Below the pieces are notes generated by a model. That model worked only from the letters and a program-made list of their open reading frames with translations. It was not told the origin of the DNA and did not search any database. 64,000 nt of DNA from an uncultured bacterium (GTDB lineage Bacteria; Patescibacteriota; Minisyncoccia; Phycocordibacterales; DATDWN01): the NCBI GenBank assembly GCA_903870365.1, contig CAIQCQ010000034.1, positions 2,665 to 66,664 on the forward strand, given 5' to 3'. Position 1 is the stretch's first letter. Every line of letters begins with the position of its first letter. Both the position numbers and the translations under genes were made by a program. Below, one piece after another: positions 59,368 through 64,000 of this stretch.

Positions 59368-60663
59368 TTAAACTGTTTTAAGAATACTAATAATTTTAAT
59401 GTTATTCTCTAGGACATCTTTAACTTCAGAAGCTACTGGCTCTTTGCCTTTATGGATAATTTCATTTCTAACCAAATCGTAAGATTTTAACCATTTATCC
59501 CATAAACCCTTATCTTTTTCAGCAATAGTAAAACCAATCGCTTCTTTCAATACATCTTTCAGACGGTCTTTAGTCCTCCAATTTTTATCTAGATAATCAA
59601 TTGCATCTTTTTCACTCAATCCTTTATTTTTTTTAAGTTGCTCAATCAAAAAGTTTTCAACAAAAATCTCTAGAGATTGGAAAGATTGCATAACCGCCAA
59701 AGGGTAGTTGCGTATGTTGAATGAGTTTTGCGCATCAAGTAACAAAAGATTGTAGAGATCGGGAGTTTCCCCAGTTTCAAGCATTCTTTCCATTTCTTCT
59801 ATTTCCTTTTTGGACCTATTCATAACCGCTGCTTCTGTATTTACAGGAGAAAAAACCAACCCCTCATTTAAGTCAATAAAATAAACCATGTTTAAAGTTA
59901 CTTCCCCCAATCTCGTAAGATGCTCTTGTTTTGTTACAAATCTATAAGTATCTATGAGATTATTTACGATTTTAAAACAGATTTCTTTTACTTTTTCTTC
60001 TATGAGAGTTCGTGCAGACTCCTCTTCAAGTTCTTCTTTCTTAACTGAAAGATCAAACTGAACATACAGACGAGTAAAACGAAATCGACCATTACGATCC
60101 TTCATCCTCTGAACATTAAACCCAGTGTAATTATGTTCCCACCCCTCAGTAGAGTCCAAAGGTATTTTAGGTCCTACGATGACGTACTTTTGAAAATACA
60201 AAACCTTATCTTCAGCGAAAAAATCTGTTGGATTAGAGACTTCTGTATCAGTTTGTGCTTTCTTTGTCCAAATCTTTGTAGGAATTATTAAAGCTTTTTC
60301 TCCAGTTTCTTTTGAAAATAAGACTTCAATTTCATAGTCATTAGGTATATCAATACAATAAGGGATGTGTAACTCTGCCAAAACATTTCCGTAATCAAAA
60401 TCTTTTAGAAAATCTGAGTCAACATACTTGAACGAAGTTCCTAATTTATAAATACCGCTTACAGGAGTAGGAGAAACATTTTTAAGGTCTACCATTAAAG
60501 CACTCTTTTGTTGTTCTTCTGTCATACTTAAAAATCTCTCCTTATCGACTAAAGAGTTTAATTTAAGAGTCTCCACTCTGTCTTGTATGGAAACTGTCGC
60601 ATCAATAAAGACGGACATCTTTTTTCTTCGTACTGGATCAGACATGACTTTTCCAAGCAACAA
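59368..60663 (-). CDS. HEPN-domain (ApeA-like) putative RNase
   Basis: C-terminal helical domain with SLEIFVE and RNEIIH (R-x4-H). Confidence 0.65.
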   Translation of the reverse strand: MLLGKVMSDPVRRKKMSVFIDATVSIQDRVETLKLNSLVDKERFLSMTEEQQKSALMVDLKNVSPTPVSGIYKLGTSFKYVDSDFLKDFDYGNVLAELHIPYCIDIPNDYEIEVLFSKETGEKALIIPTKIWTKKAQTDTEVSNPTDFFAEDKVLYFQKYVIVGPKIPLDSTEGWEHNYTGFNVQRMKDRNGRFRFTRLYVQFDLSVKKEELEEESARTLIEEKVKEICFKIVNNLIDTYRFVTKQEHLTRLGEVTLNMVYFIDLNEGLVFSPVNTEAAVMNRSKKEIEEMERMLETGETPDLYNLLLLDAQNSFNIRNYPLAVMQSFQSLEIFVENFLIEQLKKNKGLSEKDAIDYLDKNWRTKDRLKDVLKEAIGFTIAEKDKGLWDKWLKSYDLVRNEIIHKGKEPVASEVKDVLENNIKIISILKTV

Positions 60664-60982
60664 TTATCTGTATTATTCCGACTACCACTAACGCAGCAGT
60701 TAGCCATTGCATTGCTGTAGCATGACGATCATTACTTTTAGCTAGAGTCTCATTTGATTTAATCAATTTGTCTGTTGTTTCGTGAAGTGCAACTCGATTT
60801 TCTTTTGTTGACTCGGCTACCTGCAACTGAAGTAATTGCAATGACTCCGCTACATTCAAAGAAGCAAGTGCAGTTGCATACCCAGTATGTGCATCCATTT
60901 GAGCACCTAAACCCAAGCCATTTAATTGGGAAAGTTTTTGTTCAACTTGGTCATTTCTAGTTTTGTTTGGTAATTTGTCCAT
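60638..60982 (-). CDS. Coiled-coil protein with C-terminal TM helix, overlapping the HEPN gene
   Basis: Heptad-rich body; WLTAALVVVGIIQIIVAW. Confidence 0.65.
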   Translation of the reverse strand: MDKLPNKTRNDQVEQKLSQLNGLGLGAQMDAHTGYATALASLNVAESLQLLQLQVAESTKENRVALHETTDKLIKSNETLAKSNDRHATAMQWLTAALVVVGIIQIIVAWKSHV

Positions 60983-61084
60983 ATACCCAGTATGATACTC
61001 TCTTCAAAATAAAATGTCATATTCGTGGTATTTACCGTAAAATTATAGTAAACTGTGTTGTAATTAACATTAACAACAATTATC

Positions 61085-62494
61085 ATGTCGAACTCAGAGG
61101 CTACTATTATCAATGACGATCAGGATCTCATTGATGCAGGTTACAAACCACAACTAAAGCGAAAAATTGGTTTCTTTGCTTCCTTCGCAGCCTCATTCTC
61201 CATTATGTCAGTACTCATGGGAGTATTTACAAACTATGGGTATGTACTTGGTAAAGCGGGGCCGTTTGGTTTGTGGACATGGTTTATTGTTGGCTTTGGG
61301 CAGCTCATGGTAGCACTTGTTTTTGCTGAGATGGCAGGGCGTATTCCACTCACAGGAGCTTTGTATAACTGGAATGATAAACTAGGTCATCCTGCGATCA
61401 GTTCTCTTGTCGCTTGGCTCTCAATTTTTGCATACGCCATTGGAGCAGCAGGCATCATTGTCATTATGATGGCACCGCTTCAATCACTCATTGGACACAG
61501 TTTAAGTATGGGTACAATTCAAATAGTTGGACTAGCGATTATTGCTGTTCAAATGTTTATTAGCATTTACGGTATTCGTTTAGCTGCTTCAATAAACAAG
61601 TTTGCTGTTGTTGCTGAGATACTTGCTCTTATTGTTTTCGGTGGATTACTTCTTTTTGTAGTTGCAGCAAAAGGCCAGATCAATACTTCTTACCTAACAA
61701 CAATTCCTAGTACTCCAGTTCCATATTGGCCAGCTTTCCTTATTTCAATTCTTTTGGGAGCTTGGACAATTTTTGGTTTTGAGGCACCATCTGATCTTTC
61801 TGAAGAAACTCTAAATGTGAAACGTATAGTGCCGAAAAGTATTATCTCAGGCATTATCACTTCTATTGTTCTCGGTGCTTTCTTTATTGGAGTAGTAACA
61901 ATTGCCATTCCTAATCTTGCAACAGTTACTGCATCTGCTGATCCTATTTCTACAATCTTCGCTACTCATTTAGGTCAAGGGTTAACAAATGTAATGCTTC
62001 TCATGGTTCTTATTGCGATGTTTGCTACCGCACTTCTCAATCTCACAGTTGCAACTCGTGTTTTGTTTGCAATTTCTCGTGATGAAAAGTTTGTCGGACA
62101 TTCATTGCTCAAAAAAGTTTCTTCTCATGGTATCCCTGTCTATTCTGTCATTGCAATCATTGCAGTTGAAGTCATCACATTCTTAACCATGTACGGACTA
62201 TCAGCAATTTATGCTTCTGCTATTGTTTTACTTGGATTGGCTTACTTGATCACAGTAGTTAATTTTGTGTTGAACATTAAAAAATTACCACCTACAACAA
62301 ACTTTTCATTGGGCAAGTGGCACTGGCCAGTAGTAATAATCTCAATAGTTTGGTTGGTTCTTTTGCTTATTGTTCTCACAATACCGCAAGAGTTCCATCT
62401 AGCAGCAGAGATTGGTGCAGGAGTTGTTATTCTGGGATTTGTACAGTATTTTCTTCAGCGAGCTTCTAAAGGTAAAGTTGTAGCGATTTCCTAA
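61085..62494 (+). CDS. APC-family amino acid/polyamine permease
   Basis: GYKPQLKR...F.SFA.SFS, VFAEMAGRIP.TG.LY.W, GFEAPSDLSEET. Confidence 0.92.
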   Translation: MSNSEATIINDDQDLIDAGYKPQLKRKIGFFASFAASFSIMSVLMGVFTNYGYVLGKAGPFGLWTWFIVGFGQLMVALVFAEMAGRIPLTGALYNWNDKLGHPAISSLVAWLSIFAYAIGAAGIIVIMMAPLQSLIGHSLSMGTIQIVGLAIIAVQMFISIYGIRLAASINKFAVVAEILALIVFGGLLLFVVAAKGQINTSYLTTIPSTPVPYWPAFLISILLGAWTIFGFEAPSDLSEETLNVKRIVPKSIISGIITSIVLGAFFIGVVTIAIPNLATVTASADPISTIFATHLGQGLTNVMLLMVLIAMFATALLNLTVATRVLFAISRDEKFVGHSLLKKVSSHGIPVYSVIAIIAVEVITFLTMYGLSAIYASAIVLLGLAYLITVVNFVLNIKKLPPTTNFSLGKWHWPVVIISIVWLVLLLIVLTIPQEFHLAAEIGAGVVILGFVQYFLQRASKGKVVAIS

Positions 62495-62958
62495 GTTGTG
62501 GCCGTCTCTTTTGAAGTCATGATCACCTTAGCTGTCGTGAAGGTTCTTCCTTTAACCCTCTTACCTTTTGGACTCCATCCTGCAACTACTTGAAGCCACA
62601 GAGCTACACTTCCTGGATCACCAGTTTGTATAGCTCTCCTGTACAAAGAAAACAAAACATTTTTAGTCAGATTGTGTCCCCACCGAGATATTTCACTTAA
62701 AGACTCATTCTGTTTGATCAGATTATTCCAGTTGGTCAGTGTAGACATTTCAACTCCATACTTTTGAGAAAACTCAGTCTGAGTACGGATTTTGAGTAAC
62801 TCACCATACTGAGCATCTTCGTCGGTAAGTTGCTGTGCTACCCTTTCAGCAATTTGACGCTTCAAAAGCACGGGAATAGTTCTCCATGTTTTATATACTT
62901 CAAACACATCTCTCCTATAGGGTTGTGCTGTATTTTTGGTATTTTTTGGTATTTCCAC
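62491..62958 (-). CDS. HTH protein resembling phage small terminase-type (phBC6A51-like) proteins
   Basis: QTEFSQKYGVEMSTLTNW HTH followed by V..SLYRRA...GD.....LWLQ. Confidence 0.55.
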   Translation of the reverse strand: MEIPKNTKNTAQPYRRDVFEVYKTWRTIPVLLKRQIAERVAQQLTDEDAQYGELLKIRTQTEFSQKYGVEMSTLTNWNNLIKQNESLSEISRWGHNLTKNVLFSLYRRAIQTGDPGSVALWLQVVAGWSPKGKRVKGRTFTTAKVIMTSKETATT

Positions 62959-63027
62959 AATACCTTAATTTTACCAAATCTCGTCAAAGAAGACAGGGAT
63001 CAGGTACAGAGTTCAAGATAAATACTC

Positions 63028-63237
63028 TTATTGTTTTGGAGGAGGATTTTGACCCAAAGTAATGATTTCTCCTGTCGGAGCGACTACTTGCTGAGGACCA
63101 GATGCTTGGGGCGGCTGAGGGTTACTGACGGGTGCAGGATTTGCTTGTGGAGCAGGAGGTGTCGGAGGAGTTGGAGGTAATACTTCGATCACATCGGTCA
63201 AATTATCTTTGTTTGTAGGTCTAAATGGGCTATTCAT
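63028..63237 (-). CDS. Proline-rich small protein
   Basis: Low-complexity PPTPPTPPAP ORF, co-oriented with the recombinase tail. Confidence 0.45.
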   Translation of the reverse strand: MNSPFRPTNKDNLTDVIEVLPPTPPTPPAPQANPAPVSNPQPPQASGPQQVVAPTGEIITLGQNPPPKQ

Positions 63238-63254
63238 AAGCATATTATATCAAA

Positions 63255-63389
63255 TCAGAATGTTACATACAATGCAGATTTCTCTCTTTCTTTAGCCATA
63301 AACTTTCTAATATCATCATTCCACTGCTCTATAGTTTCTATGTTAGTATTTATGATATCGAAAAGTTCAAGCGTAGCATTTAAATGCCC
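63255..63389 (-). other. Detached C-terminal coding segment of the serine recombinase (attP arm)
   Basis: In frame with the recombinase when the two GCCCAC repeats are joined; encodes G-HLNATLELF...LYVTF*. Confidence 0.72.
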
Positions 63390-63391
63390 AC

Positions 63392-63575
63392 AAATCAAAA
63401 AACCGCGAAAGCGGTTTTTTGTTTGGTGCGAGAACAAAACAAAGCTTTGTGTGGGAGACTTGAACAGATTGTCGGTCTACGCTCGTACCAACAAGTGTCG
63501 ACAATCTGGCGACTAGAATTTTTTAATTTGACGAAATTAAAAAATTCGGTGGCTAGTCCCCCTCACCCCCACCCC
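63392..63575 (+). repeat. tRNA-3'-associated mini element belonging to tRNA-Leu(TAG), displaced by the island
   Basis: Terminator AAAAAACCGC-GAAA-GCGGTTTTTT, antisense T-arm GGGAGACTTGAAC, conserved core, degenerate direct AGTCCCCCTCACCCCCAC. Confidence 0.8.
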
Positions 63576-63584
63576 CCACACCCA

Positions 63585-63956
63585 CTACACAAAAAGCAAC
63601 AACAAACCAAGCACGAGGACGATCACGCCACCCCATACAAAGACACTCCCTTTATTCATCTTTTTATAATATGCAACACTAGCCCGTGGAAAGATGAGAA
63701 TACACGCGCCCTTGATCAAAACAAGCCACCCTACGATAGTGACAAAAAGTGGTAGTCCAGACGTCCACATATTGTTAACCACCACGAGGACTGCTCCGAG
63801 CATGACGGCAATCAATCCAGATATCCACAAAATCCCCTGGTCTTGCACCATCTCCTCCACCACACGTGTAGTCCATTTTTTATTACAAAGCATTGATATG
63901 CCTAATATACTAAAACTGATTCCTAATATATGAGCGACAAGAATAGATGTATCCAT
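63585..63956 (-). CDS. Small multi-pass membrane protein
   Basis: Four hydrophobic segments, TIVGWLVLIKG...LIFP. Confidence 0.75.
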   Translation of the reverse strand: MDTSILVAHILGISFSILGISMLCNKKWTTRVVEEMVQDQGILWISGLIAVMLGAVLVVVNNMWTSGLPLFVTIVGWLVLIKGACILIFPRASVAYYKKMNKGSVFVWGGVIVLVLGLLLLFV

Positions 63957-64000
63957 GTATATATGATTATGTTAATAACAAATTTCTTATATACATACTA

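Larger units (their letters stand above)
56194..63391. mobile_element. ~7.2-kb serine-recombinase genomic island integrated at the tRNA-Leu(TAG) 3' end
   Basis: GCCCAC direct repeat at 56194-56199 and 63386-63391. The tRNA terminator and cognate mini element resume after 63391. Recombinase gene at the left end. Confidence 0.82.

Noticed and set aside
63555-63575. AGTCCCCCTCACCCCCAC as the island's attR
   Set aside because: It is the terminal tRNA copy of the mini element. The GCCCAC junction at 63386 better restores the tRNA-terminator context and the recombinase frame.
1-64000. CRISPR array or cas genes
   Set aside because: No regularly spaced 25-45-bp direct repeats with unique spacers and no Cas-like ORF; the repeats are dispersed hairpins or 7-mers.

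Overview
64-kb AT-rich bacterial chromosome segment. Gene content and style suggest a Patescibacteria/CPR (Parcubacteria-like) genome using the standard code 11; this taxonomy is inference. The core contains tgt, xseAB, msrAB, an ECF-sigma/MacAB-type operon, an ApbE flavinylation cluster, dnaX, dus, ftsQ, serS, dprA, topA, parB, miaA, mpl, rpmG, clpB, iscS, infB, rbfA and 8 tRNAs. Main non-routine signals: (1) A ~7.2-kb island integrated at the 3' end of tRNA-Leu(TAG). Its large serine recombinase is split by its own attachment site: the integrated form ends in tRNA-antisense sequence, and excision would splice on an in-frame 43-aa tail found at the far end. Cargo includes a HEPN protein paired with a membrane protein. 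(2) A ~100-bp MITE (TIR TCCCGTTAGAG, 3-bp duplication) sitting in the start codon of five genes and rebuilding the ATG each time. (3) A conserved mini-element behind four tRNAs whose arms are copied from each cognate tRNA 3' end. (4) A 3'-UTR hairpin family always in the same orientation after stop codons. (5) Promoter/SD/terminator-bounded orphan microgene and sRNA cassettes amid mostly leaderless core genes. (6) Heptamer and palindromic repeats inserted in frame in housekeeping proteins. All calls were made by reading the sequence; no database searches were run.
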